64,000 nucleotides of DNA from Syntrophales bacterium (GCA_026417625.1 JAOACW010000003.1:147517-211516), one strand, 5' to 3'. Numbered from the stretch's first letter, positions 22,821 through 33,799 are shown. Numbers and translations are program-made. Notes: a model not told the origin generated them from the sequence alone.

Positions 22821-23456
22821 ATGGGAAAAGGATTGATAGGTAGAAAACTGGGGATGACGCAGATATTTGATGAGGAAGGCACCGCTATTCCCGTCACTGT
22901 TATTGAGGTGGAGCCTTCTGTGGTTATTCAAATAAAGACCAAAGAAAAGGATGGTTACGATGCTCTACAGCTGGGGTATGAGAGGGTGAAGAAGAAGGTC
23001 CTGACAAAACCACAGATTGGTCATTTTGACAAAGTGGGGAAGGGTTACTTCAGGTACCTCAGGGAGATAAGGTGTGATGTATCTGGGTACGAGGTTGGTT
23101 CTGAAATTCGTGTTGATATATTTAGACCCGGTGAGTACGTTGATGTGACGGGTATATCAAAGGGAAGGGGATTTGCCGGTGGTGTTAAACGTCATGGGTT
23201 CCGAGGCGGTAGGGCATCCCATGGATCCATGTTTCACCGGGCACCGGGTTCCATTGGATCCAGTTCTTTTCCATCCAGGGTTTTTCCTGGCAAAAGACTT
23301 CCAGGGCATATGGGTTGTGAGAGAAGGACGGTGCAAAATTTACGGGTAGTGGCTGTCAGACCGGAGGATAATGTTCTGCTTGTCAAAGGAGCTGTGCCTG
23401 GAGCGCCCCGCGGTATTCTGTTGATAAGGGAATCGGTGAAGAGAAGGTCATCATAA
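22821..23456 (+). CDS. rplC: 50S ribosomal protein uL3
   Basis: MGKGLIGRKLGMTQIF N-terminus is the family norm. The listed TTG at 22803 lies inside the T-tract. Confidence 0.95.
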   Translation: MGKGLIGRKLGMTQIFDEEGTAIPVTVIEVEPSVVIQIKTKEKDGYDALQLGYERVKKKVLTKPQIGHFDKVGKGYFRYLREIRCDVSGYEVGSEIRVDIFRPGEYVDVTGISKGRGFAGGVKRHGFRGGRASHGSMFHRAPGSIGSSSFPSRVFPGKRLPGHMGCERRTVQNLRVVAVRPEDNVLLVKGAVPGAPRGILLIRESVKRRSS

Positions 23457-23475
23457 AGTTTTGAGGTATAGTACT

Positions 23476-24099
23476 ATGCCAGTTGCGCCGGTATACAACA
23501 TAAACCACGAAAAGGTAAAGGACATAGAGCTCAGCGATCAGATATTCGGGGCTGAGATTAATGAGGCAGTTATTTATGAAGTTGTGAAGATGCAACAGGC
23601 ATGCAAGCGAAAAGGGACAGCTTCAACAAAGGAGCGGGGAGAGGTCTCCGGTGGGGGGAGAAAACCGTGGAGGCAGAAAGGTACGGGAAGAGCCCGAGTC
23701 GGAACGATTCGTTCTCCATTGTGGAGGCATGGTGGTACAGTGTTTGGGCCCAAACCCAGGGATTATTCCTATAGAGTTCCCAAAAAGGTGAGGCGGTTGG
23801 CATTGATTTCCGCATTAAGTATGAAATTTAAAGAAGATCGCATGATAATTCTGGATGATTTTCCATTGGATGAGATTAAGACCCGCAAGTTCAGAGAAGT
23901 TATAGATAGGTTTGGTCTTGATAAGGCACTAATCGTTGTTGATGGAGATCGTCCAGTTCTTGATAAGTCCTCAAGAAACTTAAGAAATGTGAAAATGTTA
24001 AGGGCTGAGGGTTTGAATGTATATGATCTTTTAAAATTTGATCACGTTGTTTTTCTGGAACCTGCAGTGAAGATTGTGGAAGGGGTGTTGCAGAAGTAA
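23476..24099 (+). CDS. rplD: 50S ribosomal protein uL4
   Basis: [16 protein letters not shown] signature. ATG 23476 has a GAGG RBS 9 nt upstream. The listed TTG at 23461 is less likely. Confidence 0.95.
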   Translation: MPVAPVYNINHEKVKDIELSDQIFGAEINEAVIYEVVKMQQACKRKGTASTKERGEVSGGGRKPWRQKGTGRARVGTIRSPLWRHGGTVFGPKPRDYSYRVPKKVRRLALISALSMKFKEDRMIILDDFPLDEIKTRKFREVIDRFGLDKALIVVDGDRPVLDKSSRNLRNVKMLRAEGLNVYDLLKFDHVVFLEPAVKIVEGVLQK

Positions 24100-24386
24100 T
24101 GGAAATTCATGATGTTATAAAAAGAGTGGTTGTGACTGAGAAAAGTACTATCCAAAAAGATGAGGAAAATAAGTACGTTTTTGAAGTGGATCGCCGGGCG
24201 AATAAGATAGAGATCGCAAGAGCTGTAGAAAAGTTGTTTAAGGTTAAGGTGGTCGATGTGCACACTATGAATTACCAGGGTAAGAAAAAAAGACTGGGAA
24301 GAATTGTAGGCGAAAGGCGATCCTGGAAAAAAGCAATAGTTACCCTTGCTCCAGGTAATCGTATAGAGATATTCGAAGGTGTTTGA
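24099..24386 (+). CDS. rplW: 50S ribosomal protein uL23
   Basis: TEKS......N.Y.F.V...ANK.EI..AVEKLF.VKV..V.T signature. Confidence 0.95.
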   Translation: MEIHDVIKRVVVTEKSTIQKDEENKYVFEVDRRANKIEIARAVEKLFKVKVVDVHTMNYQGKKKRLGRIVGERRSWKKAIVTLAPGNRIEIFEGV

Positions 24387-24417
24387 GTGTTGAAGTTGTG
24401 TGAAGGGGTTTTAGCAT

Positions 24418-25239
24418 ATGGGTATTAAAGCGTATAAGCCAACGTCGCCAGGAAGGCGTTTTCAAACCTGTTCTGATTTTGAAGAGATTACAAAAAGTGA
24501 GCCGGAGAAGAGTCTGCTGAGGCCGCTTCCCAAAACAGGAGGAAGAAACAACTACGGGCGTATGACTTGTCGTCATATGGGTGGCGGTCATAAAAGGCTT
24601 TACAGGGTTATAGACTTTAAAAGGGATAAGGTGAGTATTCCGGCAAGAGTGGCCAGTATTGAGTATGACCCGAACCGGAGTTGTAGAATTGCCCTTCTCA
24701 ATTACGTAGACGGGGAAAAAAGATATATAATTGCTCCTGACAAGCTTCAGGTGGGAGATGTAGTCGAAAGCGGCGAGAATGTTGATATAAAACCCGGCAA
24801 TGCCTTGCCACTTAAAAACATCCCACTGGGAACTCTTATACATAATGTTGAGTTGAGACCTGGTAAAGGTGGTCAGCTTATAAGATCAGCAGGTTCGTTT
24901 GGGCAACTGCTGGCAAAAGAGGGTAGATACGCTCAGGTGCGTTTGCCATCGGGAGAGGTTCGAAAAGTGCTTCTGGAATGTCGGGCTACAATAGGTCAAG
25001 TTGGGAACGTTGAACACGAAAACGTGAGTATCGGGAAGGCCGGTAGAAGTCGATGGTTGGGTATAAGACCTAGAGTCCGCGGAGTAGCGATGAACCCGGT
25101 GGACCATCCCATGGGTGGGGGTGAGGGTAAAACTTCTGGTGGTCGACATCCTTGTACTCCATGGGGAGTTCCTACGAAGGGTTACAAGACAAGAAGGAAA
25201 AAATTGTCTGATAAGTACATTGTAAAGAGAAGGAGATAA
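24418..25239 (+). CDS. rplB: 50S ribosomal protein uL2
   Basis: [22 protein letters not shown] and [17 protein letters not shown] signatures. Confidence 0.97.
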   Translation: MGIKAYKPTSPGRRFQTCSDFEEITKSEPEKSLLRPLPKTGGRNNYGRMTCRHMGGGHKRLYRVIDFKRDKVSIPARVASIEYDPNRSCRIALLNYVDGEKRYIIAPDKLQVGDVVESGENVDIKPGNALPLKNIPLGTLIHNVELRPGKGGQLIRSAGSFGQLLAKEGRYAQVRLPSGEVRKVLLECRATIGQVGNVEHENVSIGKAGRSRWLGIRPRVRGVAMNPVDHPMGGGEGKTSGGRHPCTPWGVPTKGYKTRRKKLSDKYIVKRRR

Positions 25240-25242
25240 AAC

Positions 25243-25524
25243 GTGGCACGTTCGGTTAAAAAAGGCCCTTACGTTGATCCTAAACTTTTGGAGAAAATTC
25301 GCAAAATGGAAACGTCTGGGAGTAAAGCGGTAATTAAGACCTGGTCGAGAAGATCGACAATCGTGCCTGAAATGATAGGTTATACTTTTGCCGTGCATAA
25401 TGGAAAAAAATTTATACCTGTTTTTGTGACAGAAAATATGGTTGGGCATAAGCTAGGGGAATTTGCACCTACGAGGACCTTTTATGGGCATGCGGGAGAT
25501 AAAAAATCAAAGGTTCGGAAATAG
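25243..25524 (+). CDS. rpsS: 30S ribosomal protein uS19
   Basis: GTG start. SVKKGPYVD and [18 protein letters not shown] signatures. Confidence 0.95.
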   Translation: MARSVKKGPYVDPKLLEKIRKMETSGSKAVIKTWSRRSTIVPEMIGYTFAVHNGKKFIPVFVTENMVGHKLGEFAPTRTFYGHAGDKKSKVRK

Positions 25525-25554
25525 ATAGTTTCGGGTAAAGGGGAGTTGATAGTG

Positions 25555-25890
25555 ATGGAAGCGAGGGCAGTTGCGCGATATGTTAGGGTTTCGCCACAAA
25601 AGGCGCGACTCGTGATAGACTTGATTAGGGGTAAGCGGGTTGAGGAGGCCCAGCGGATACTTACCTTTACCAGAAAACGGGTAGCACCGATTATAAAGAA
25701 ACTGTTAAATTCTGCTGTTTCTAATGCTAAGCAGAACCCTAACATAGACAAGGATATACTGTTTGTTAAGGAGGCTTATGTTGATCAAGGTCCTACTCTT
25801 AAAAGATGGAGAGCTAGGGCTCTTGGAAGGGCAGTGGCTATTAGAAAGAGGACAAGTCACATCACAATAGTGTTGGACGAGTTGCAATAA
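25555..25890 (+). CDS. rplV: 50S ribosomal protein uL22
   Basis: [21 protein letters not shown]-terminus. GGGGAG RBS 9 nt upstream of ATG 25555. Confidence 0.95.
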   Translation: MEARAVARYVRVSPQKARLVIDLIRGKRVEEAQRILTFTRKRVAPIIKKLLNSAVSNAKQNPNIDKDILFVKEAYVDQGPTLKRWRARALGRAVAIRKRTSHITIVLDELQ

Positions 25891-25906
25891 CAGCGGAGGT
25901 GAGAGG

Positions 25907-26563
25907 TTGGGTCAGAAGGTTCATCCCATTGGTTTTCGATTGGGTTTTATAAAACGATGGCAGTCGTTGTGGTATGCGGAACGAAATTATGCTGATTTGC
26001 TGCACGAGGATATTAGGATAAGGTCTCATCTGAAACAAAAACTCTATCATGCTGGTATTTCTAGGATTGAAATAGAGAGGGCTGCCAATAAGGCTAAGGT
26101 AAACATATATACTGCTCGTCCGGGTATCATAATTGGAAGGAAAGGTGCGGAGATTGAAAGAATAAAAAAGGAATTGGAAAGGATAAGCCAAAGCGAAATT
26201 ATAATTAACATATTGGAAGTTAGAAAACCTGAAGTAGATGCACAGTTGGTGGCAGAGAACGTAGCCATGCAGTTGGAACGGCGAATCTCGTTTCGAAGGG
26301 CAATGAAGAAGTGTGTAAGCGCTGCGCTTAAATTCGGTGCTAAAGGTATAAAGATCTGTTGTTCGGGGCGACTTGGTGGTGCGGAAATCGCTCGGTCGGA
26401 GTGGTATCGGGAAGGACGCGTACCTCTTCATACTTTGAGAGCGGATATCGATTACGGATTTGCGGAAGCGAGGACAACATACGGACAAATTGGGGTTAAA
26501 GTTTGGATTTTCCACGGGGAAGTGTTGCCTTCAAGGGCTGAAGCAGTAATTAAACAGCGTTAG
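25907..26563 (+). CDS. rpsC: 30S ribosomal protein uS3
   Basis: TTG start. [15 protein letters not shown] domain, [29 protein letters not shown]. Confidence 0.97.
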   Translation: MGQKVHPIGFRLGFIKRWQSLWYAERNYADLLHEDIRIRSHLKQKLYHAGISRIEIERAANKAKVNIYTARPGIIIGRKGAEIERIKKELERISQSEIIINILEVRKPEVDAQLVAENVAMQLERRISFRRAMKKCVSAALKFGAKGIKICCSGRLGGAEIARSEWYREGRVPLHTLRADIDYGFAEARTTYGQIGVKVWIFHGEVLPSRAEAVIKQR

Positions 26564-26577
26564 CGAGGAATTTAGCT

Positions 26578-27000
26578 ATGTTGGCTCCAAAAAGGGTTAA
26601 GTATAGGAAAGTACAGCGGGGTCGAATGGGAGGAAAAGCCATTCGTGGTAGTACTATTGCCTTTGGTGAGTATGGTCTTCAGGCGTTAGAATGCGGATGG
26701 ATCACATCTCAGCAGATAGAGGCGGCCCGTATTGCGATAACCCGGCACATGAAGAGGGGTGGAAAGGTGTGGATTAGAATATTTCCTCACAAGCCAATCA
26801 CAAGAAAACCTGCGGAAACCCGTATGGGTAAAGGAAAGGGTTCTCCTGAGGGTTGGGTGGCTGTAGTGAGACCAGGAACCGTTCTTTATGAGGTTAAAGG
26901 GGTGCCTAAGGATGTCGCACAGGAGGCTTTACGCTTGGCGTCTCATAAACTGCCGATTAAAACTCGTTTCATGACGAGAGGTTTGTCCGATGAAGGCTGA
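26578..27000 (+). CDS. rplP: 50S ribosomal protein uL16
   Basis: [17 protein letters not shown]...RG and RMGKGKG.PE.WVA signatures. Confidence 0.97.
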   Translation: MLAPKRVKYRKVQRGRMGGKAIRGSTIAFGEYGLQALECGWITSQQIEAARIAITRHMKRGGKVWIRIFPHKPITRKPAETRMGKGKGSPEGWVAVVRPGTVLYEVKGVPKDVAQEALRLASHKLPIKTRFMTRGLSDEG

Positions 27001-27181
27001 TGAGTTGAGGGAACTCGCTAACGATGAGCTCCAGCGCAAAGAACGGGAGCTCAGGGAAGAGTTATTCAGACTTCGTTTACGTAAACACACTGGTCAACTT
27101 ACCTCTCCGGCCCTCATTGGCAAGATCCGTCGGGATATTGCGCGGATCAAAACGGTGTTACGGGAAAGGGGGATAAAGTAG
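26990..27181 (+). CDS. rpmC: 50S ribosomal protein uL29
   Basis: 63 aa. ELREL...EL...[10 protein letters not shown] signature. Overlaps the rplP end by 11 nt. Confidence 0.9.
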   Translation: MKADELRELANDELQRKERELREELFRLRLRKHTGQLTSPALIGKIRRDIARIKTVLRERGIK

Positions 27182-27184
27182 AGC

Positions 27185-27442
27185 GTGGAAACAAGGGGTA
27201 AGCGAAAAACATTGCAGGGTGTGGTTGTTAGCAACAAGATGGATAAGACCATTGTGGTGAAAGTTGAACGGCTTACGAAGCACCCTGTATTTCATAAATA
27301 CGTTCGACGTTATAAGAAGTATAAGGCCCATGATGAGAAAAATGAGTGTAACATTGGGGATAGGGTGCTCATTGTGGAATCGCGACCCTTAAGTAAAGAG
27401 AAACGTTGGCGACTCCGTGCTATTCTCGAAAAAGCGAAGTAA
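27185..27442 (+). CDS. rpsQ: 30S ribosomal protein uS17
   Basis: GTG start. [17 protein letters not shown]...HP.Y.K signature. Confidence 0.95.
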   Translation: METRGKRKTLQGVVVSNKMDKTIVVKVERLTKHPVFHKYVRRYKKYKAHDEKNECNIGDRVLIVESRPLSKEKRWRLRAILEKAK

Positions 27443-27460
27443 AAGTGAGGTGAGGTTCCT

Positions 27461-27829
27461 ATGATTCAAATGCAGACTATTCTCAACGTTGCTGATAATT
27501 CTGGTGCCACGAAGGTAATGTGTATTAAGGTGCTTGGTGGGACCAGGAGAAGATATGCTCGTGTGGGAGATGTTATCGTGGTATCAGTTAAGGAGGCGCT
27601 TCCTAATTCGAAGGTAAAAAAGGGTGATGTAATGAAAGCAGTTGTGGTACGCACAGTTAAGGAAGTTCGCCGTGCTGATGGTACTTATCTCAAGTTTGAC
27701 GATAATTCCGCGGTATTGATATCGAATCAATTGGATCCAATTGGTACGAGGATTTTTGGACCGGTGGCGCGGGAGCTTAGGGCCAAGCAATTTATGAAGA
27801 TAGTTTCTTTAGCTCCAGAGGTGATATGA
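27461..27829 (+). CDS. rplN: 50S ribosomal protein uL14
   Basis: [16 protein letters not shown] signature, 122 aa. Confidence 0.97.
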   Translation: MIQMQTILNVADNSGATKVMCIKVLGGTRRRYARVGDVIVVSVKEALPNSKVKKGDVMKAVVVRTVKEVRRADGTYLKFDDNSAVLISNQLDPIGTRIFGPVARELRAKQFMKIVSLAPEVI

Positions 27830-27830
27830 G

Positions 27831-28151
27831 ATGCGTGTGACAAAGTTGAAGAAAGGGGATATGGTGAAGGTTCTCGCTGGTAAGGAAAAGGGTAAAACGG
27901 GAAAAATTCTAAAGGTGATACCGGAGAAGTGCCGAGTGATAGTGGAAAAGGTAAATATTGTTAAGAAGCACAAACGTCCGGATGTTCATGGAAAAGGCGG
28001 GATTTTGGAGAAGGAGGCATCTATTCACCTGTCGAATGTGGCCTACTTGTGTAGTAAGTGTAATACAGGAGTTCGTATAGGGTATAAGGTACTGGAGGAC
28101 GGCAAAAAGGTTCGTATCTGTAAAAAATGTAACGAAGTTTTGGATACATAG
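27831..28151 (+). CDS. rplX: 50S ribosomal protein uL24 with C-terminal CxxC...CxxC pair
   Basis: KKGD.V.V.AGKEKGK.GKILKV KOW motif. C-terminus reads [28 protein letters not shown]. Confidence 0.95.
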   Translation: MRVTKLKKGDMVKVLAGKEKGKTGKILKVIPEKCRVIVEKVNIVKKHKRPDVHGKGGILEKEASIHLSNVAYLCSKCNTGVRIGYKVLEDGKKVRICKKCNEVLDT

Positions 28152-28160
28152 GCTTGAGCA

Positions 28161-28703
28161 ATGGCGAGATTAAAAGAGTATTACAGAAGAGAAGTGGTTC
28201 CAGCTCTTATAAAAAAGTTTGGTTATAAGAACCCCATGGAGGTTCCTCGTTTGGAGAAAATAGTGATCAACATGGGGTTAGGTGAGGCAATCCAAAATCC
28301 TAAGGTGCTGGACATAGCATCTCAAGAATTGGCAAGTATAACTGGGCAAAAGCCGATCATTACGAAAGCCAAAAAATCGATATCAACTTTTAAGCTTCGG
28401 AAAGGTATGTCAATTGGATGCTGTGTTACATTGAGGCGCGACAGGATGTATGAATTTTTCGACCGTCTTGTTAACTTTAGTCTGCCACGGGTTAGGGACT
28501 TCAGGGGTATTTCTCCTCGTTCCTTTGATGGGAGAGGTAGTTTCGCAATGGGAATCAGGGAGCAGATAATTTTCCCAGAAATTGACTATGATAAGGTCGA
28601 CAAAATCAGGGGTATGAATATAGTGGTTGTTACTACGGCTAAAACAGACGAGGAGGCACGAGAGTTACTCCGTCTGTTGGGTATGCCTTTCAGAGGCATG
28701 TGA
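28161..28703 (+). CDS. rplE: 50S ribosomal protein uL5
   Basis: MARLKEYY...V.P.L...[15 protein letters not shown] signature. Confidence 0.97.
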   Translation: MARLKEYYRREVVPALIKKFGYKNPMEVPRLEKIVINMGLGEAIQNPKVLDIASQELASITGQKPIITKAKKSISTFKLRKGMSIGCCVTLRRDRMYEFFDRLVNFSLPRVRDFRGISPRSFDGRGSFAMGIREQIIFPEIDYDKVDKIRGMNIVVVTTAKTDEEARELLRLLGMPFRGM

Positions 28704-28734
28704 GCATCTCTTTTGTGAGGGGAGGCTTTAAACT

Positions 28735-28920
28735 GTGGCGAAAAAATCATTGATAGCAAAGGCAAAGAGAAAACCTAAGTTTTCGGTTCGAGCTTATAAT
28801 AGATGTCCTTTGTGTGGAAGACCTCGGGCTTACTACAGGAAGTTTAAGATGTGTCGAATTTGTCTTAGGCAACGTGCACTAAAAGGTGAAATACCTGGGG
28901 TAATTAAGGCTAGTTGGTGA
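28735..28920 (+). CDS. rpsZ: 30S ribosomal protein uS14, type Z (zinc-binding)
   Basis: GTG start. 61 aa with CPLCGRP...CRIC. Confidence 0.95.
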   Translation: MAKKSLIAKAKRKPKFSVRAYNRCPLCGRPRAYYRKFKMCRICLRQRALKGEIPGVIKASW

Positions 28921-28938
28921 TTAAGTGGGGGTTTACGT

Positions 28939-29340
28939 ATGGCAGTTACTGATCCTATCGCGGATATGTTGACAAGAATTCGCAATGCGAATCGGGCGTT
29001 TTTTAAGAGTGTGGATGTGCAAATGTCGAGAATGAATTGTTCAATTGCTGATGCTCTGAAACGTAGTGGTTTCATTGACGGTTATGAAAAATGCCTGGAC
29101 GAAAAGAAACACGAGATGCTTAGGATATATCTCAGGTACTATAATGGTAAAAAGCAGGTTATCAGTGGTCTGAAGCGCATAAGCAAACCTGGTAGAAGAA
29201 TCTACGTGAGATGTGATGAGATTCCGAGGGTCATGAACGGCTTAGGCATAGCTATATTGTCTACATCCAAAGGGATTTTGACCGATGATGAGGCTAGAAA
29301 GGCACGCGTAGGTGGTGAGCTCTTATGCCAGGTTTGGTGA
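28939..29340 (+). CDS. rpsH: 30S ribosomal protein uS8
   Basis: DPIADMLTRIRNA signature. Confidence 0.97.
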   Translation: MAVTDPIADMLTRIRNANRAFFKSVDVQMSRMNCSIADALKRSGFIDGYEKCLDEKKHEMLRIYLRYYNGKKQVISGLKRISKPGRRIYVRCDEIPRVMNGLGIAILSTSKGILTDDEARKARVGGELLCQVW

Positions 29341-29355
29341 TGGAGGAAATTTGAT

Positions 29356-29898
29356 ATGTCCAGAATTGGTAAAAAACCAATTGAGTTACCACCGGGAGTT
29401 CAAGTTACTAGACAGAATGGATGTATAAAGGTAGCGGGGCCTAAAGGTACTTTGCACTATAATATTCCCCGTGGCATAGAAGTTAGACAGGAGGATAACA
29501 AACTTGTGGTGGAATGTGTCACCTCGGACAGGAAGGGAAAGGCGCTACACGGGCTAGCTAGAACCTTGATTGCAAATATGGTTACCGGAGTGACTGTGGG
29601 TTATGAGAAGGCTTTGGAAATTTCAGGGGTGGGGTACAGAGCTGAACTGGGGCAAGGTGTGTTGAAGTTGAGCCTGGGTTATTCCCATCCTATTGAGTAC
29701 CGGATCCCCGAGGGAATTAGTATTCGTATTGATAGACAGGTAAATATTGTCGTCTCGGGGATTGACAAGGAGCTGGTTGGGCGTGTAGCTGCAGAAATAC
29801 GGGCTTTTAAGGAGCCTGAGCCTTACAAAGGTAAGGGTATAAAGTATGTAGGTGAAAAGATAATACGCAAGGCAGGAAAAACTGCGGGCTCGAGGTAA
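29356..29898 (+). CDS. rplF: 50S ribosomal protein uL6
   Basis: MSRIGKKPI.LP.GV signature, 180 aa. Confidence 0.97.
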   Translation: MSRIGKKPIELPPGVQVTRQNGCIKVAGPKGTLHYNIPRGIEVRQEDNKLVVECVTSDRKGKALHGLARTLIANMVTGVTVGYEKALEISGVGYRAELGQGVLKLSLGYSHPIEYRIPEGISIRIDRQVNIVVSGIDKELVGRVAAEIRAFKEPEPYKGKGIKYVGEKIIRKAGKTAGSR

Positions 29899-29921
29899 TT
29901 TTTTAAAAAGAGGGTGTAAGG

Positions 29922-30296
29922 TTGGCAACGAAAAGGTTGGAAAAGGTTAGAAAGATTAGAGAAAAGAGAGAAGCGCGAGTTAGAAGTAAAATACGGGGAA
30001 CTGTTTTGCGTCCAAGATTATCTGTTTTTCGGAGTGCGAAACATATTTATGTTCAGGCTATTGCGGATGATATAGGCAATACACTTGCCGCGGCTTCCAC
30101 CCTCAGCAAGGAGTTGAGGGATAGGATTGTGGGTTTGAAGAAAACTGAAGCGGCGAGGGAAGTGGGACGCCTGGTAGCGGAGAAGTTATTGGCACGGGGT
30201 ATTGAAAAGGTGGTTTTTGACAGAGGTCGTTTTAAGTATCACGGAAGAGTAAAGGCCTTAGCTGAGGGAGCACGACAAGGAGGGCTTAAATTTTGA
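29922..30296 (+). CDS. rplR: 50S ribosomal protein uL18
   Basis: TTG start. [17 protein letters not shown] and FDRG...[15 protein letters not shown] signatures. Confidence 0.95.
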   Translation: MATKRLEKVRKIREKREARVRSKIRGTVLRPRLSVFRSAKHIYVQAIADDIGNTLAAASTLSKELRDRIVGLKKTEAAREVGRLVAEKLLARGIEKVVFDRGRFKYHGRVKALAEGARQGGLKF

Positions 30297-30299
30297 GGT

Positions 30300-30812
30300 G
30301 TGGTTCTGACAATGGAAATAAGAGACTTTGAAGAGAGCATACTGATCGATAGGGTGATCGCCATAAAGAGGACTGCGAAGGTTGTGAAGGGAGGTCGCAG
30401 ATTCCGTTTCAGTGCAGTCGTTGTGGTGGGCGATGGTAAGGGTTCGGTTGGAATTGGTTTGGGTAAAGCTCATGAGGTACCGGAGGCTATTCGCAAGGGT
30501 ATGGAAAAGGCCAAGAGGAGTATGCGGAAAGTTGCGATAGTGAACCGTACAATTCCTCATGAGATAATCGGTGAATGGGGAGCTGGTAAAGTTCTTTTGA
30601 AACCTGCCTCGGAAGGCACGGGCTTGATAGCAGGTGGTGCGGTGCGGGCTGTACTTGAAGCTGCTGGGATTCAAAATGTTCTTACTAAGTGTCTTGGTTC
30701 TCATAACCCCCACAATCTGGTGAAGGCAACACTAGATGGTCTTATGAAATTGAGGGATCCCGACGAGGTTGCGATGCTGCGTGGTTTAAAGAAGACAACG
30801 AGTCTCGACTAA
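30300..30812 (+). CDS. rpsE: 30S ribosomal protein uS5
   Basis: [32 protein letters not shown] signature. Start is GTG 30300 or ATG 30312. Confidence 0.95.
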   Translation: MVLTMEIRDFEESILIDRVIAIKRTAKVVKGGRRFRFSAVVVVGDGKGSVGIGLGKAHEVPEAIRKGMEKAKRSMRKVAIVNRTIPHEIIGEWGAGKVLLKPASEGTGLIAGGAVRAVLEAAGIQNVLTKCLGSHNPHNLVKATLDGLMKLRDPDEVAMLRGLKKTTSLD

Positions 30813-30826
30813 GGGGGGACGAGAGG

Positions 30827-31012
30827 GTGAGTAAAATTAGGATAACTCTTATAAGAAGTTATATTGGTAGACCGGAGAAACAGAGGAGGATTCTTCGGGG
30901 ATTAGGTTTGTTACGCAGAGAGCGGTCAGTTGTCCTGCCTGATACACCTGAGATACGGGGTATGGCGGAGAAGGTTGCCCATCTTGTTAAAGTTGAAAGG
31001 GTTGAGGAATAA
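30827..31012 (+). CDS. rpmD: 50S ribosomal protein uL30
   Basis: GTG start. IRITLIRS.IGR.EKQR..L.GLGL.R signature. Confidence 0.93.
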   Translation: MSKIRITLIRSYIGRPEKQRRILRGLGLLRRERSVVLPDTPEIRGMAEKVAHLVKVERVEE

Positions 31013-31016
31013 GGAT

Positions 31017-31451
31017 ATGGATCTTTCTTCATTGAGATGTCCCTTGGGTGCCAAAAAGAAGAAGAAACGTGTCGGTAGAGGGGATGGCTCTGGCCATGGG
31101 GGAACAGCTTGTCGTGGACATAAGGGTCAAAATGCGCGATCAGGTGGGGGTGTTTCCCCTGGATTTGAAGGTGGTCAGATGCCTCTCGTTCGGCGAGTAC
31201 CTAAGAGAGGTTTTCGCAATCCGTTCCGCAAGAAGATCCTTATAGTGAATCTTGAACAGTTGAAAGATTTTGAGGCACACAGTGTAGTGGATGAAAACTC
31301 CCTGAGGGCAAAGGGAATTGTCAGTAAAAAAGGAGACGTTATAAAACTCCTTGGCCGGGGTGAAGTTAAGGTTCCGCTAAAAGTGAGATTGCAACATGTA
31401 AGCGAAGGTGCTCGTCGAAAGATAGAGTCTGCTGGCGGTACCGTGGAGTAA
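31017..31451 (+). CDS. rplO: 50S ribosomal protein uL15
   Basis: RVGRGDGSGHGGTACRGHKGQNARSGG signature. ATG 31017 follows an AAGGA RBS. The listed 30930 start would overlap rpmD. Confidence 0.95.
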   Translation: MDLSSLRCPLGAKKKKKRVGRGDGSGHGGTACRGHKGQNARSGGGVSPGFEGGQMPLVRRVPKRGFRNPFRKKILIVNLEQLKDFEAHSVVDENSLRAKGIVSKKGDVIKLLGRGEVKVPLKVRLQHVSEGARRKIESAGGTVE

Positions 31452-31462
31452 GGTGAGGAACA

Positions 31463-32770
31463 TTGCTGGACGGCGTATCCAATATACCGAAGATTCCCGA
31501 ACTTCAAAAACGGATATTGATGACCTTTTTGTTGTTAGTGGTGTACCGTATCGGTGCCCACATACCTACACCTGGTATAGATGCCCATGCGTTAGCAGCG
31601 TATTTTGATCAGGCACGGGGATCGCTCCTCGGGTTATTCGACATGTTTGCTGGGGGAGCACTGAGTAATCTATCAGTGTTTGCTCTGGGTATAATGCCAT
31701 ACATAAGTGCTTCCATTATTCTGCAGTTGCTAACCATAGCGGTTCCTTATTTGGAACAGCTGTCCAAAGAGGGAGAGCTAGGGCGGAGGAAAATTACTCA
31801 GTACACAAGATATGGTACAGTGATTCTGAGTCTTATTCAGGGTTTCGGAATAGCTGTGGGAATGGAGAATATGGCAGGACCGACGGGTGCACCCATTGTA
31901 ATCGAAGGGGGATGGAGTTTCCGCTTTATGACGATGATTACCCTCGCAGCAGGGACGGCGTTTTTAATGTGGTTAGGAGAGCAGATAACAGAGAGAGGTA
32001 TAGGAAACGGAATATCTTTGATTATATTTGCTGGTATTGTGTCTAGGGCACCGGAAGCCATATTCAATACATTTAGGTTACTCTCCGCAGGAGAAATGGG
32101 TATATTCTTTATTTTGATTCTTTCTATCATGATGGTCGCTGTGGTGGGTATTATAGTATTTGTTGAGGGAGCTCAGAGGAGAATTCCGGTGCAGTATGCT
32201 AAACGTATTGTGGGACGGCGAATTTATGGTGGTCAGACTACGCATTTACCGTTGAAGATAAACACCGCGGGGGTGATACCACCTATCTTTGCCTCGTCTA
32301 TAATAATGTTCCCTGCAACCATCGCTAATTTTATTCCTCATCCATGGATGAAAGGAGTAGCCGATGTTCTGGTTCCGGGGCGATTGATTTATGAAGTTCT
32401 TTATGTTATTTTTATCATTTTCTTCTGTTATTTTTACACCGCTGTTGTTTTTAACCCTGTAGATGTAGCGGATAACATGAGAAAATACGGAGGTTATGTG
32501 CCAGGGATCAGACCGGGGAGGAAAACTGCGGAATACATTGACACTGTTCTTTCGCGGTTAACATTCAGTGGAGCTATCTACGTTTCCGCTATTTGTGTTT
32601 TGCCGAGTATTCTTATAAGTTACTTTAATGTACCATTTTATTTTGGGGGTACTGCTCTTCTGATTGTTGTGGGTGTTGCATTGGATACAGCGGCACAGAT
32701 AGAAACTCATCTTCTGGCTAGGCAATATGAAGGCTTTATGAAAAAAGGAAAAATTGCAAGAAGACGGTAA
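31463..32770 (+). CDS. secY: preprotein translocase subunit SecY
   Basis: TTG start after AGGTGAGGA. ELQKRILMTFLLLVVYRIG..IP.PGI, 10 TM segments, 435 aa. Confidence 0.97.
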   Translation: MLDGVSNIPKIPELQKRILMTFLLLVVYRIGAHIPTPGIDAHALAAYFDQARGSLLGLFDMFAGGALSNLSVFALGIMPYISASIILQLLTIAVPYLEQLSKEGELGRRKITQYTRYGTVILSLIQGFGIAVGMENMAGPTGAPIVIEGGWSFRFMTMITLAAGTAFLMWLGEQITERGIGNGISLIIFAGIVSRAPEAIFNTFRLLSAGEMGIFFILILSIMMVAVVGIIVFVEGAQRRIPVQYAKRIVGRRIYGGQTTHLPLKINTAGVIPPIFASSIIMFPATIANFIPHPWMKGVADVLVPGRLIYEVLYVIFIIFFCYFYTAVVFNPVDVADNMRKYGGYVPGIRPGRKTAEYIDTVLSRLTFSGAIYVSAICVLPSILISYFNVPFYFGGTALLIVVGVALDTAAQIETHLLARQYEGFMKKGKIARRR

Positions 32771-32794
32771 TGGTTGCCGAGAGTAACGGGAGCT

Positions 32795-33541
32795 ATGATT
32801 TTTCTTAGGCAGCCAGACGAAATAGAGAAAATTAGGGCTAGTAATATAATAGTGGCGGAAATCCTGCAGGAACTTAGAGGAATGGTAGTTGAGGGAATTC
32901 AGACAAGGGAACTGGATCGTATTTCTGAGGAGTTGGCGGTAAAAAAAGGGGCAAAACCAGCTTTTAAGGGATATCGTGGTTATCCATTTTCGCTGTGTGT
33001 ATCTGTTAATGAAGAAGTTGTCCACGGTTTGCCTTCGTCTCGTGTGCTAACCAGTGGGGATATAGTTAGTCTTGATTTCGGAATTCTCTATCGAGGATAT
33101 TATGGCGATGCTGCTATTACTGTGGGGGTGGGGACAATATCTGAAGAGGCTTCTCGCTTGATCAAAGTGACGGAGGAAGCGCTGTATATTGGTATAGAAG
33201 AGGCAAGAGTTGGAAATCGATTGGGAGATATATCTGCGGCCATCCAGGAACATGTGGAGAGTGCAGGATTTTCTGTGGTAAGGGAATTTGTAGGGCATGG
33301 GATAGGTCGTAGTATGCATGAGGATCCGCAGATACCAAACCATGGCACAAGGGGTAGGGGCATACTGCTAAAAGCGGGTATGGTATTTGCGATTGAGCCA
33401 ATGGTGAATGCGGGTACGTATCATGTAAAGGTGTTGCCCGACGGTTGGACTGTGGTTACCGCCGATGGCAAACTATCGGCTCATTTTGAGCATACCATTG
33501 CCATTACAGAAAATGGACCTGTCATTTTGAGTAAATGCTGA
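32795..33541 (+). CDS. map: type I methionine aminopeptidase
   Basis: VHG.P, D.G..Y.GY.GD, FVGHGIG, FAIEP and HFEHT metal-ligand motifs. ATG 32795 gives a typical 248-aa protein. TTG 32774 is the alternative start. Confidence 0.9.
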   Translation: MIFLRQPDEIEKIRASNIIVAEILQELRGMVVEGIQTRELDRISEELAVKKGAKPAFKGYRGYPFSLCVSVNEEVVHGLPSSRVLTSGDIVSLDFGILYRGYYGDAAITVGVGTISEEASRLIKVTEEALYIGIEEARVGNRLGDISAAIQEHVESAGFSVVREFVGHGIGRSMHEDPQIPNHGTRGRGILLKAGMVFAIEPMVNAGTYHVKVLPDGWTVVTADGKLSAHFEHTIAITENGPVILSKC

Positions 33542-33562
33542 TTATTGGAAGAGTAAGTTTTT

Positions 33563-33784
33563 ATGCCGAAAGAAGCACCTATTGAAGTAGAAGGCACGGT
33601 AATTGAGCCTTTACCGAATGCAATGTTTCGTGTTGAACTTCCCAATGGCCATAGGGTACTTGCCCACATTTCTGGGAAGATGAGAATGCATTATATTAAA
33701 ATTTTGCCTGGTGATAAAGTGATCGTTGAGCTCTCGCCATATGATTTGACAAGAGGGAGAATTGTCTACAGAGAGAGTAAATAG
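33563..33784 (+). CDS. infA: translation initiation factor IF-1
   Basis: [33 protein letters not shown]...[22 protein letters not shown]. Confidence 0.97.
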   Translation: MPKEAPIEVEGTVIEPLPNAMFRVELPNGHRVLAHISGKMRMHYIKILPGDKVIVELSPYDLTRGRIVYRESK

Positions 33785-33799
33785 CTGAGGAAGAGTGTT

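Noticed and set aside
24340-26515. Three long minus-strand ORFs (24340-24843, 24886-25449, 25862-26515)
   Set aside because: They are antisense to rplB, rpsS and rpsC. They have no RBS and no family resemblance. Treated as shadow ORFs.
30930-31016. N-terminal extensions of listed ORFs: rplO from 30930, cheD from 56907, the activator from 58498, the TPR protein from 51848, PilZ from 51831, folC from 37257 and rpoB from 11860
   Set aside because: The extensions overlap upstream genes, promoters or terminators, and lack an RBS. Internal starts give family-typical N-termini.
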